Below, piece by piece: positions 17,549 to 26,205 of a DNA stretch of 42,464 nt (position 1 is its first letter; each line of letters begins with the position of its first letter). Made by a program: the position numbers and the translations under genes. The stretch lies in the sequence record SRR20825010_1048; one strand, written 5' to 3'. The notes under the pieces were generated by a model. The model was given only the letters and a program-made list of their open reading frames with translations, ran no database searches and was not told the DNA's origin.

Positions 17549-18162
17549 TCGCCTGTCTCCTGAAATGTCTCAACCATCAGAAAGATTTTCTGCCGTGCCC
17601 GATGCAGGAGCACGCGCAGGTTAGAGGCGCTGACATCCAGAATGTTACACACGTCGTCAGATTTGTGCTGATGCGCTTCGTACAACATCAATGCTGATCG
17701 CTGTGTTTCCGGCAGTGCGGACAGGTGTTGATCAAGGCAGTCGCTCAGTGCACCGTTCTCCATCAGTGCCTGGGCGGACTCATTGGTTTTCAGGCTCGGC
17801 GGTGTGGCCCAGCGACCATTGGGCGCAAAGCGGGCGGCGAGGTCCGGGTCCAGCGCTTCCGAAAAATCCGCGTTCACTTCCCGCTTCGTCTTTCGGAGAT
17901 GATTCTTGGCCCGGTTTGCCACGATACGGTGCAGCCATGTCTTCAGGCCGGAACGGCCCTCAAATGTCTGAACGGCGTCGATAACCGTCACCCAACAATC
18001 CTGGACAATTTCCTCTGCCGAGGCGTGATCAAGGTAAAAGCGGGCGACGGCCATCATGCCAGGGGTGTATAAACGCACAGCCTCGCGAAAGGTGCCCTGG
18101 TTCCCCGACTTCAGGCCGGTGATGAGGATGTCGTCGTCAGATTGATGTGTTGTGGTTTCCAT
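17542..18162 (-). CDS. ECF RNA polymerase sigma factor
   Basis: Region 2 AEEIVQDCW...FEGRSGLKTWLHRIVAN; region 4 LPETQRSAL...NLRVLLHRAR. Confidence 0.93.
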   Translation of the reverse strand: METTTHQSDDDILITGLKSGNQGTFREAVRLYTPGMMAVARFYLDHASAEEIVQDCWVTVIDAVQTFEGRSGLKTWLHRIVANRAKNHLRKTKREVNADFSEALDPDLAARFAPNGRWATPPSLKTNESAQALMENGALSDCLDQHLSALPETQRSALMLYEAHQHKSDDVCNILDVSASNLRVLLHRARQKIFLMVETFQETGEC

Positions 18163-18176
18163 TCCGTATACCCCAG

Positions 18177-18202
18177 GACACCCGCGTTAGAGCGTTGTTA
18201 TA
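18177..18202 (-). promoter_or_regulatory. Putative autoregulatory ECF promoter of the sigma/anti-sigma operon
   Basis: Minus strand TATAAC-N16-TGTC, ending 15 bp upstream of the sigma ATG. Confidence 0.45.
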
Positions 18203-18313
18203 AACATGTTATTGGACATCCAGAGCGGCCTGGACAATGGTATGTCTATAGTCGCAGCCATTAGTTCCAGTAATGATGAGCCACTGCTCAAAAAAATTTT
18301 AGACCCTGGCTGC

Positions 18314-18339
18314 TGTAACATCCAGCGCTTTGCCGTGTC
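18314..18339 (+). promoter_or_regulatory. Putative ECF promoter for the oxidoreductase unit
   Basis: TGTAAC-N16-TGTC(TC). Confidence 0.65.
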
Positions 18340-18369
18340 TCACAGAGCAACCGTTTTCACTTTTAATTT

Positions 18370-20571
18370 ATGGATTTAGCTATGAACTCCAAAAAGCTCG
18401 TTTTGCTGCTGGTTATCGGTGTCGTGGTTGCACTGTTTGTCAGTTTTGGCGGTCACGAGATACTCACGCTGGAAAACCTGCAGAAACACCAGTCTGCCAT
18501 TGAGCAGTGGATCCGTCAGAATTTGTTGGTGGCGGTGCTTGGCTTCGCGGCTGTTTATGTGGTGGTGACGGCCTTGTCGCTGCCCGGTGCGGCGATCATG
18601 ACGCTGGCCGGCGGTGCCTTTTTCGGTAATGTCTATGGACTGGTTGCGGTATCCATTGCGTCGACCATCGGGGCCTCTCTTGCGTTCCTGGTGGCCAGGT
18701 TTCTGATGCGGGATACCTTGCGGGAGAAGTACGCGGAAACTGTCGCAAAGATGGACCGTGGCATCGAGAAAGACGGTGCGTTCTATCTTGCCACCCTGCG
18801 CCTGGTACCGGTATTTCCGTTCTTCCTGATTAACCTGGCGATGGGCCTGACCGCCATGAAGCTGAAGACCTACGCTCTGGTGAGCTGGGCGGCGATGCTG
18901 CCGGGTACCTTTGTGTATGTAAACGCCGGCACCCAGCTGTCGACGATTGAAACCACCAGCGACATTGTGTCGGCCAATATTCTGCTGTCTTTCGCCCTGT
19001 TAGGGGTATTCCCGCTGATCGCCAAGTTTGTTGTCGGTTTCATTCGCAAGCGCCGGGTGTACGCCGGCTGGCAGAAACCCGAGTCGTTTGATTACAACCT
19101 GCTGGTGATTGGCGGTGGCTCGGCGGGCCTGGTGTCGGCGTACATTGCCGCAGCGGTTAAGGCGAAGGTGGCGCTGATCGAGAAAGACAAAATGGGCGGA
19201 GACTGCCTCAACACCGGTTGCGTGCCGTCCAAGGCGCTGATTCGCAGTGCCAAGGCGGCCGACACCCTGCGCCAGGCGAATCGTTATGGCCTGGAGTCGG
19301 TACCGGTAAAAGGCTCCTTTGCCAATATCATGGCGAGGGTTAAAGAAGTCATCGCCAAGGTGGAACCCCACGACTCGCCCGAGCGCTTCCGCAAACTGGG
19401 TGTTGACTGCATCTCCGGTACCGCCAGCTTCGTATCGCCCTGGGAGTTGGAAGTACTCCATAGCGACGGTCACACCGAGCGCCTGACCGCGCGCAGTATT
19501 GTGGTGGCCACTGGGGGCAAGCCGGCAGTGCCGCCCATTCCCGGTTTGGCAGACATGGAGCCGCTGACATCGGACAATCTATGGTCCCTGCAGACCCAGC
19601 CTGAGCGCTTGCTGGTACTTGGTGGCGGCCCCATTGGCTCGGAACTGGCCCATGCCTTTGCGAGGCTTGGCAGCAAGGTGATCCAGGTGGAAATGGGCGA
19701 GCGTTTGCTGGCCAAGGAAGACGCCGATGTCTCCGAGGTCATCCGGAAACAGTTTGAACAGGATGGCATTGATCTGCGGCTTAACCACGCCGCCAAGGAG
19801 TTCGCTGTCGAGGACGGAGAAAAGGTGGCCTACTGCGAGTTCAACGGCGAGCGCGTGAGGATCGTGTTTGACCAGGTTCTGGTTGCTGTTGGTCGTGCCG
19901 CTCGAACTGACGGCCTGGGGCTGGCAAAGATAGGGGTGGAAACCCTGCCCAATGGCACTGTGCCAGTGGCAGAAGACATGAGTATGCGCTTCCCCAACGT
20001 CTTCGCCTGTGGCGATGTGGCCGGGCCCTATCAGTTTACCCACGCGGCGGCTCACCAGGCCTGGTACGCGGCAGTGAACGGTCTGTTTGGCGAGTTCAAG
20101 CGTTTCCAGGTGGATTACCGGGTGATGCCCTGGGTGACCTTTACCTCGCCGGAAGTGGCCAGGGTCGGCCTTAGCGAGGCCGAAGCCAAGGAAAAAGGTG
20201 TGGCTTACGAAGTCACCCGCTATGGCCTGGACGACCTGGATCGTGCCATTGCTGAGAGTGAGGATTACGGTTTTATCAAGGTGCTCACGCCGCCAGGGAA
20301 GGACAAGATTCTGGGTGCCGTCGTGGTCGGTGTGCACGCCGGCGAGATACTGGCCGAGTTCACCCTGGCCATGAAGCACGGCCTGGGGCTGAACAAAATT
20401 CTGGGCACTATCCACCCTTACCCGACCTGGAACGAATCAGCCAAGTATGCCGCTGGAGAGTGGAAGCGCGAACACGCGCCCCAGGGCATTCTCAAACTGC
20501 TTGAGAAACTTCACGGCTGGCGCCGTGGCAAACAGGCCGGCGACAAGGCCGGCCGGGAAGTAACAACGTAA
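18370..20571 (+). CDS. TVP38/DedA membrane domain fused to a FAD-dependent pyridine nucleotide-disulfide oxidoreductase
   Basis: N-terminal ALSLPGA...LRLVPVFPFFLIN. C-terminal GGGSAG, GGDCLNTGCVPSK, GGGPIG, HPYPTWNE. Alternative start 18382. Confidence 0.92.
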   Translation: MDLAMNSKKLVLLLVIGVVVALFVSFGGHEILTLENLQKHQSAIEQWIRQNLLVAVLGFAAVYVVVTALSLPGAAIMTLAGGAFFGNVYGLVAVSIASTIGASLAFLVARFLMRDTLREKYAETVAKMDRGIEKDGAFYLATLRLVPVFPFFLINLAMGLTAMKLKTYALVSWAAMLPGTFVYVNAGTQLSTIETTSDIVSANILLSFALLGVFPLIAKFVVGFIRKRRVYAGWQKPESFDYNLLVIGGGSAGLVSAYIAAAVKAKVALIEKDKMGGDCLNTGCVPSKALIRSAKAADTLRQANRYGLESVPVKGSFANIMARVKEVIAKVEPHDSPERFRKLGVDCISGTASFVSPWELEVLHSDGHTERLTARSIVVATGGKPAVPPIPGLADMEPLTSDNLWSLQTQPERLLVLGGGPIGSELAHAFARLGSKVIQVEMGERLLAKEDADVSEVIRKQFEQDGIDLRLNHAAKEFAVEDGEKVAYCEFNGERVRIVFDQVLVAVGRAARTDGLGLAKIGVETLPNGTVPVAEDMSMRFPNVFACGDVAGPYQFTHAAAHQAWYAAVNGLFGEFKRFQVDYRVMPWVTFTSPEVARVGLSEAEAKEKGVAYEVTRYGLDDLDRAIAESEDYGFIKVLTPPGKDKILGAVVVGVHAGEILAEFTLAMKHGLGLNKILGTIHPYPTWNESAKYAAGEWKREHAPQGILKLLEKLHGWRRGKQAGDKAGREVTT

Positions 20572-20581
20572 AACAGAATAA

Positions 20582-20612
20582 GTGCAGGTGTTACAGGGCC
20601 TGCACCTTTTTT
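20582..20612 (+). terminator. Possible intrinsic terminator/attenuator
   Basis: GTGCAGG-N10-CCTGCAC followed by CTTTTTT. Confidence 0.5.
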
Positions 20613-20647
20613 GGCACTCATAGATTCATCGTCAACACGGAGCAGCT

Positions 20648-21610
20648 ATGCCCCTGACCCAAACCGCCGAAAGACGTATTCCCGCCGTGGAAGTGCTGGA
20701 ACCGAGGGCCCGCGACAGCTGGACCCACACCCGCAACGGCGACCCGCGCGGCTACATTGATTCCGACAAGCTCAAGGAACTGTGGATTCATACCGGCACC
20801 GCCTGCAACCTGGCCTGCCCGTTTTGCCTGGAAGGGTCACACCCCGGCGATGGCCGTATTCCGGGCATGAAGTTGAGCGACGTGAAACCCTTTATTCACG
20901 AAGCCCTGGATATGGGGGTGGAGCAGTTCTCCTTCACCGGCGGTGAGCCTTTCGTGATCAAGGATTTCATCAATATCCTCGATTACGCCAGCCAGCACCG
21001 TCCCTGCTTTGTCCTGACCAATGCCACGGATCCACTGCTCAAACGCCGTCATCAGGTGCTGCCGTTACTGGACAACGCCTACCCGATCCATTTTCGCGTC
21101 AGCCTGGATTTTCCTGACCGGGCCCGGCATGACGTGGACCGGGGTGAAGGCAGTTTCGATAAGGCATTGGAGGGGATTCGCTGGCTGGTCGACCAGGGTT
21201 TTCAGGTATCGATTGCTCGCCAGACCGATCCGGAGGAGATTCCGGCGGATGTGGAAGCGGCTTTCCGCGAGATTCTGCGGGACTGGGGCATTCCTGAAAC
21301 GCTGGCATTCACCGCGTTCCCTGATCTGGGGACGCCCGGCTCAGAAGACGGCAGCCCGGAGATTACCGAAACCTGCATGGAGAAATACCCCACCAAAGAG
21401 GCACGGTCGCACTTCATGTGCACTTATACGCGCATGCTGGTGAAGCGGGATGACCGGGTGCGGGTGTATGCCTGTACGTTGGTGGATGACGATCCGCAGT
21501 ATGACCTTGGCGGGACACTGGCGGAGAGCATGGATGAGCGGATTATGTTGCGGCATCACCGGTGTTTTGCCTGTTATCGGTTTGGGGCTAGTTGTTCGGC
21601 GCCTGGGTGA
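20648..21610 (+). CDS. Radical SAM protein with Cys-rich C-terminus (distantly ArsS-like)
   Basis: CNLACPFC (CxxxCxxC), FTGGEPF, LTNA. Extra Cys in ETCM, FMCT, YACT, RCFAC and GASCS. Confidence 0.88.
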   Translation: MPLTQTAERRIPAVEVLEPRARDSWTHTRNGDPRGYIDSDKLKELWIHTGTACNLACPFCLEGSHPGDGRIPGMKLSDVKPFIHEALDMGVEQFSFTGGEPFVIKDFINILDYASQHRPCFVLTNATDPLLKRRHQVLPLLDNAYPIHFRVSLDFPDRARHDVDRGEGSFDKALEGIRWLVDQGFQVSIARQTDPEEIPADVEAAFREILRDWGIPETLAFTAFPDLGTPGSEDGSPEITETCMEKYPTKEARSHFMCTYTRMLVKRDDRVRVYACTLVDDDPQYDLGGTLAESMDERIMLRHHRCFACYRFGASCSAPG

Positions 21611-21711
21611 CTTTTTTTAAGACTGGTTGCTGGGAGTTGGCGGTCTGGGGGCGGTTGAATGACTGCAATTCGCTGGATTAGAACAAAGAACGGACGAGGA
21701 AAAGACAGACG

Positions 21712-23115
21712 ATGAATTTCACGGAAGCGACCCTGTTTTGGGGGTTTTTGGTGGTTTATGGGGTGGTGATGTATGTGTTGTCGCCCAAGAGCAAGAACGC
21801 CAATTCGTTCTATAAAGGTGCGGATGATCAGGGTAACCCGGTAAGTCAGTGGTCGCTGACGGCGAGTATTTTCATCAGTTGGATCTTTGCCAAGTCGGTG
21901 ACCAACGCGGCCAACCTGGGGGCTGCTTATGGTGTCACCGGCGGTCTGGCGTACGCCAGTTACTGGCTGTCGATTCCCGTGGCCGGCTACATCATCTATT
22001 TGATTCGGACCCAGACCGGTGCCCGCAGCCTGCAGGATTTCCTCACGTCGCGCTTTGGCCGGCTGGCCAGTCTGGCGTTTGCGGCGGCCATCCTGATCCG
22101 TCTGTATAACGAAGTCTGGAGTAACACCGCCGTGGTGGGCGGCTATTTCGGGCTGCCGGGTGAGTGGGAGTACTACTCCGCGGCGATGCTGTTTACCGTC
22201 TTTACCCTCGCCTACAGCCTGAAAGGTGGCCTGCGGTCGTCGATATTCACGGATGTGATTCAGGCGTTCGTGTTTGTGTTCTTTGTCGGCGCGGTGCTGT
22301 TCCTGATTGTGCCGGCCAATGACACCAGTGCCCTGCTCACCGACGGTGAGTTCAAGCTCAATGCCGGCTTTGACCTGTTGCTCGTCGCGCTGTTGCAGAT
22401 GTTCAGCTACCCCTTCCACGATCCGGTGTTAACCGACCGGGGCTTCGTGAACAAGGAAAAGACCATGCTGAAGAGCTTCGTGGTGGCAGGACTGCTGGGC
22501 TTTGTGGCGGTGTTCATCTTCAGCCTCGTCGGTGTTCACGCACGGCTCAATGGGATTGAGGCCATGGGTAATGCGCCCGCGGCTGTCGGACAATCGCTTG
22601 GGTTGGCGGCGCTCTTCTTCATGAGTGTGGTGATGATGACCTCCGCCGGCTCCACGCTGGATTCCACATTCAGTTCACTGGCCAAGTCCCTGGCGGTGGA
22701 TCTGCCACGGCTGGCGAAACGTGCCAAAGACCGGTTGCCGAGCGTTCGCGTGGGCGCAGTCATCATGATTGTGTTCGCGCTGCTGGGTAACCTGCCGATG
22801 TTTGCCGGCACCGACATTCTCAAGGCCACCACCATTTCCGGCACCATGGTGATGGGGCTGGCACCGGTGTTCCTGTTCTACGGGTTTACCCGCTGGTCGC
22901 CCTGGAGCTTCCATCTCAGTTTCTGGACCGGCCTGGGCCTGGGTGTGCTGCTGGCAACGGGGCTGATTCCCGCCAGCTGGGCCATCGGTGACGGCAAATA
23001 CGCCATGCTGCTGGGTGTAAACGCCTACGGCTTCCTGATCTGCACCGCCGGCTTCTTTGTGCCGCTGGTCGTCCGCCGACTTGCCGGGCGCTCTCTGGCG
23101 GCCGGGGAGGTTTAG
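21712..23115 (+). CDS. Sodium:solute symporter (SSS) family protein
   Basis: Multi-TM protein with YSLKGGLRSSIFTDVIQ and SAGSTLDSTFSS motifs. Confidence 0.88.
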   Translation: MNFTEATLFWGFLVVYGVVMYVLSPKSKNANSFYKGADDQGNPVSQWSLTASIFISWIFAKSVTNAANLGAAYGVTGGLAYASYWLSIPVAGYIIYLIRTQTGARSLQDFLTSRFGRLASLAFAAAILIRLYNEVWSNTAVVGGYFGLPGEWEYYSAAMLFTVFTLAYSLKGGLRSSIFTDVIQAFVFVFFVGAVLFLIVPANDTSALLTDGEFKLNAGFDLLLVALLQMFSYPFHDPVLTDRGFVNKEKTMLKSFVVAGLLGFVAVFIFSLVGVHARLNGIEAMGNAPAAVGQSLGLAALFFMSVVMMTSAGSTLDSTFSSLAKSLAVDLPRLAKRAKDRLPSVRVGAVIMIVFALLGNLPMFAGTDILKATTISGTMVMGLAPVFLFYGFTRWSPWSFHLSFWTGLGLGVLLATGLIPASWAIGDGKYAMLLGVNAYGFLICTAGFFVPLVVRRLAGRSLAAGEV

Positions 23116-23126
23116 GAGGTGGTGTC

Positions 23127-24089
23127 GTGACCGAGGGCCGGAGTTGTCCGCTGGCGTATCGCTACGATCCGGCGTCGCTGTGTGCTGAGCCGCAACAGGT
23201 GGCCGGGGACGTGCTGTATGTTATCGGTGGCCTGTACGGAAATCCCCTTGCCCTGGATGAAATCGAGCGATTGGCACGGGCGGAGGAGCGACAGGGCCGC
23301 CGGGTGACGCTGGTGTTTAACGGGGATTTTAACTGGTTTAACGCCACCGACGGGCTGTTCCGGGAGATCAACAATCGGGTGCTGGAGCATACCGTCAGCC
23401 TGGGCAACGTGGATTATGAACTGGCCAACCCCAATGATGGCGCCGGCTGCGGTTGTGCCTATCCGGATTTCGTGGATGAGGGCGTCGTGGCACGTTCCAA
23501 CGCCATTATGGAGCGGCTGCAGGGGGTGGCCGGGGAGCATTCCGATATTCAGGCGCGGTTATCCCTCTTACCCCGTTACCGTTGCCTGATATTTGGAGGC
23601 CTAAAGGTTTTGGTGATTCACGGCGATCCGGAGTCCCTCGCCGGTTGGGGGTTGGCCCATGAATCCTTTGTGGCTGGTAACGAGGCGAAGCTGACGGAGT
23701 GGTTCCTGGCCAGCGGTGCTGATGTGATTGTCTCCACCCACACCTGCCTGCCAGTACTGTGGTCGGGAATGGTGAACGAGCGACGTTGTGTGGTTGCCAA
23801 CAACGGGGCAGCCGGAATGGGGAATCTGCGGCAGGACCCCCGTGGGTTGATCACCCGGATCGGTCTGGCGAGCCCCGTGGCTGAGCCGGTTGCCGGTCTT
23901 GAGCGGCAGGGCCTGAATGTCTCACTGTTACCCGTGGACTATGACGTCGACGCCTGGTTAGAGCAGTTTGACCGGCTCTGGCCGGCGGGTTCGGCCGCCG
24001 CTGTGTCGTACCGGGACCGGATCGTTGGAGGGACTTCGATAACCGCAGACGATATTACGTTTCCCCCTGGAAGGGGCTCTATAGGGTAA
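23127..24089 (+). CDS. Atypical metallophosphoesterase-fold protein
   Basis: GGLYGN, FNGDF, GNVD, IHGDP and STHT follow the calcineurin-like motif order; also GCGCAYP. GGAGG RBS. Confidence 0.7.
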   Translation: MTEGRSCPLAYRYDPASLCAEPQQVAGDVLYVIGGLYGNPLALDEIERLARAEERQGRRVTLVFNGDFNWFNATDGLFREINNRVLEHTVSLGNVDYELANPNDGAGCGCAYPDFVDEGVVARSNAIMERLQGVAGEHSDIQARLSLLPRYRCLIFGGLKVLVIHGDPESLAGWGLAHESFVAGNEAKLTEWFLASGADVIVSTHTCLPVLWSGMVNERRCVVANNGAAGMGNLRQDPRGLITRIGLASPVAEPVAGLERQGLNVSLLPVDYDVDAWLEQFDRLWPAGSAAAVSYRDRIVGGTSITADDITFPPGRGSIG

Positions 24090-24175
24090 CGAATTTGTCA
24101 CTGGCGGTTGGTGTAATAATGTCTATTCTGAAGGTGAGAGGTAGCCATCGGGGCTGGCGGCCCCAGAGCGCCGAC

Positions 24176-24203
24176 TTGAAATATATTTTGTGGTCTATAT
24201 AAT
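24176..24203 (+). promoter_or_regulatory. sigma70 promoter of ect operon with overlapping EctR-like operator
   Basis: TTGAAA-N16-TATAAT; TATTTTGT-GG-TCTATATA at 24184-24201. Confidence 0.7.
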
Positions 24204-24238
24204 TTAACGCTAACTTTTTGAGGCGAATCGATCACGTT

Positions 24239-24754
24239 ATGACATCAGAAGGCTCGAATACCACCGCCATCACCCTCCGCACGCCGGTCAAGGATGATGG
24301 CTACAGGCTTCACCAGTTGGTGGCACAATGTCCCCCGCTGGACCCTAACTCGATCTACTGCAACCTCCTGCAGTGCAGCCATTTTGCCGAAACCGGCGTG
24401 GCCGCGGAGATAGACGGCGATCTGGTCGGCTTTATTTCCGGATATATTCCCCCCCAACAGCCCGAAACCGTTTTTGTCTGGCAGGTGGCCGTTCACGAGA
24501 AAGGTCGTGGGCAAGGTCTTGCCAAGCGGATGTTGAAGGCGATTGTGGCCAGGGACGCGTGTAAAGACGTGACCCACATGGAAACCACCATCACTGAAGA
24601 CAATGAGGCTTCCTGGGCGCTGTTCCGGTCCTTTGCCCGTGACATGGGTGCTGAACTGACTTACCACGAGCACTTTGAGAAAGACACCCACTTTGGCGGC
24701 AAGCACGACTCCGAGTTCCTGCTCCGCATCGGGCCTTTCACAAAGACGGCGTAG
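24239..24754 (+). CDS. ectA: Diaminobutyrate acetyltransferase
   Basis: CPPLDPNSIYCNLLQCSHF, FVWQVAV...RGQGLA, ETTITEDNEASWALF. Confidence 0.95.
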   Translation: MTSEGSNTTAITLRTPVKDDGYRLHQLVAQCPPLDPNSIYCNLLQCSHFAETGVAAEIDGDLVGFISGYIPPQQPETVFVWQVAVHEKGRGQGLAKRMLKAIVARDACKDVTHMETTITEDNEASWALFRSFARDMGAELTYHEHFEKDTHFGGKHDSEFLLRIGPFTKTA

Positions 24755-24885
24755 CAGCCTTCCCGAACGACCGATCCCCCTGTTTGGACTAGCCGGCAGA
24801 TTGCTGAGGTGAATCTGTCACAACGGCTTCAACCAACGTGCTACCGCACAGTTACCTCGAACCTGACATGCTAAGAGGCAAGACA

Positions 24886-26154
24886 ATGGAACTTTTCAAG
24901 TCGACCGAATCCGAAGTGCGCGTTTATTCCCGTGCCTTTCCGGTGATCTTTAACCGTGCCAAGAACGCGCACCTGTACACCGAAGATGGCAAGGAATACC
25001 TGGACTTCCTGGCCGGCGCCGGGTCACTGAACTATGGCCACAACAACGACATTCTCAAGAAAGCGCTGCTCGAGTACATTGAAAGCGATGGTGTCAGCCA
25101 GGGCCTGGATATGTTTACCACCGCCAAGCACGATTTCATTGAGTCGTACAAAAAGCACATCCTGGACCCCCGTGGCCTGGACTACAAAATGCAGTTTACC
25201 GGTCCTACCGGCACCAACTGCGTGGAAGCGGCCCTGAAACTGGCTCGCAAGGTGAAAGGCCGCAATGGCATCGTGTCCTTCACCAATGGCTTCCACGGCG
25301 TCACCATGGGCGCGGTCGCGGCCACAGGCAACAAGCACCACCGTGGTGGCGTTGGCACCCCGCTGGGGAATGTGGACTTCATGTTCTATGACGGCTACCT
25401 GGGTGAGAACGTAGATACCCTGGAAATCATGGACAAGGTGTTGTCCGACGGCTCCTCCGGTTTTGAACTGCCGGCAGCGGTCATCGTTGAAGCGGTCCAG
25501 GGCGAAGGCGGATTGAACGCCGCCCGCGCTGAATGGCTGCAGGGCCTCGAGAAGCTGTGCAAAAAGTACGACATTCTGTTGATCGTTGACGATATCCAGG
25601 CAGGGAACGGCCGTACCGGCGAGTTCTTCAGTTTCGAATTTGCGGGCATCAAGCCGGATATCGTAACGGTATCCAAGTCGTTGAGCGGTTACGGCCTGCC
25701 GATGGCCCTGGTGCTGTTCAAGCCGGAGCTTGATGTCTGGGGGCCGGGCGAGCACAACGGCACCTTCCGGGGCAACAACATGGCCTTTGTAACCGCCCGC
25801 GCAGCGGTCGAGACCTACTGGAAAGACGATGCCTTTGCCAATGAAGTGAAAGCCAAGACCGAGGTTCTGGCTGAAGGGCTGCAGGCAATCTGTGACAAGT
25901 ACCCGGGCGAGTTCAGGATGAAAGGCCGGGGCATGATGCGTGGCATTGAAGCCACCGACGCTGAAGTGACGGACAAGATCACCGGTCGTGCCTTTGAGAA
26001 GGGCCTGATTATTGAAACCAGCGGCCCCAATGACGAAGTGATCAAATGCCTGATGCCGCTGACCACCAGCGAGGACGATCTGCGCAAAGGTGCTAAACTT
26101 CTAGGTCAAAGCGTGGACGAAATCATGCAGGAGGGAATGAGCAAGGCGTCCTGA
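24886..26154 (+). CDS. ectB: Diaminobutyrate-2-oxoglutarate transaminase
   Basis: [54 protein letters not shown]. Confidence 0.96.
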   Translation: MELFKSTESEVRVYSRAFPVIFNRAKNAHLYTEDGKEYLDFLAGAGSLNYGHNNDILKKALLEYIESDGVSQGLDMFTTAKHDFIESYKKHILDPRGLDYKMQFTGPTGTNCVEAALKLARKVKGRNGIVSFTNGFHGVTMGAVAATGNKHHRGGVGTPLGNVDFMFYDGYLGENVDTLEIMDKVLSDGSSGFELPAAVIVEAVQGEGGLNAARAEWLQGLEKLCKKYDILLIVDDIQAGNGRTGEFFSFEFAGIKPDIVTVSKSLSGYGLPMALVLFKPELDVWGPGEHNGTFRGNNMAFVTARAAVETYWKDDAFANEVKAKTEVLAEGLQAICDKYPGEFRMKGRGMMRGIEATDAEVTDKITGRAFEKGLIIETSGPNDEVIKCLMPLTTSEDDLRKGAKLLGQSVDEIMQEGMSKAS

Positions 26155-26205
26155 GACGCCTGCCATCTCCCGACACTCATTCTGCAGGATAACGACGGTA
26201 ACATT

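Noticed and set aside
18370-20571. Mercuric reductase MerA call
   Set aside because: No C-terminal Cys-Cys, no NmerA domain and no merR/T/P genes.
20648-21610. Naming the radical SAM arsS, or selenocysteine readthrough at its TGA
   Set aside because: Similarity to ArsS is only motif-level and arsM is absent. The TGA follows a complete GASCS tail, is followed by a T-run, and I see no SECIS-like hairpin.
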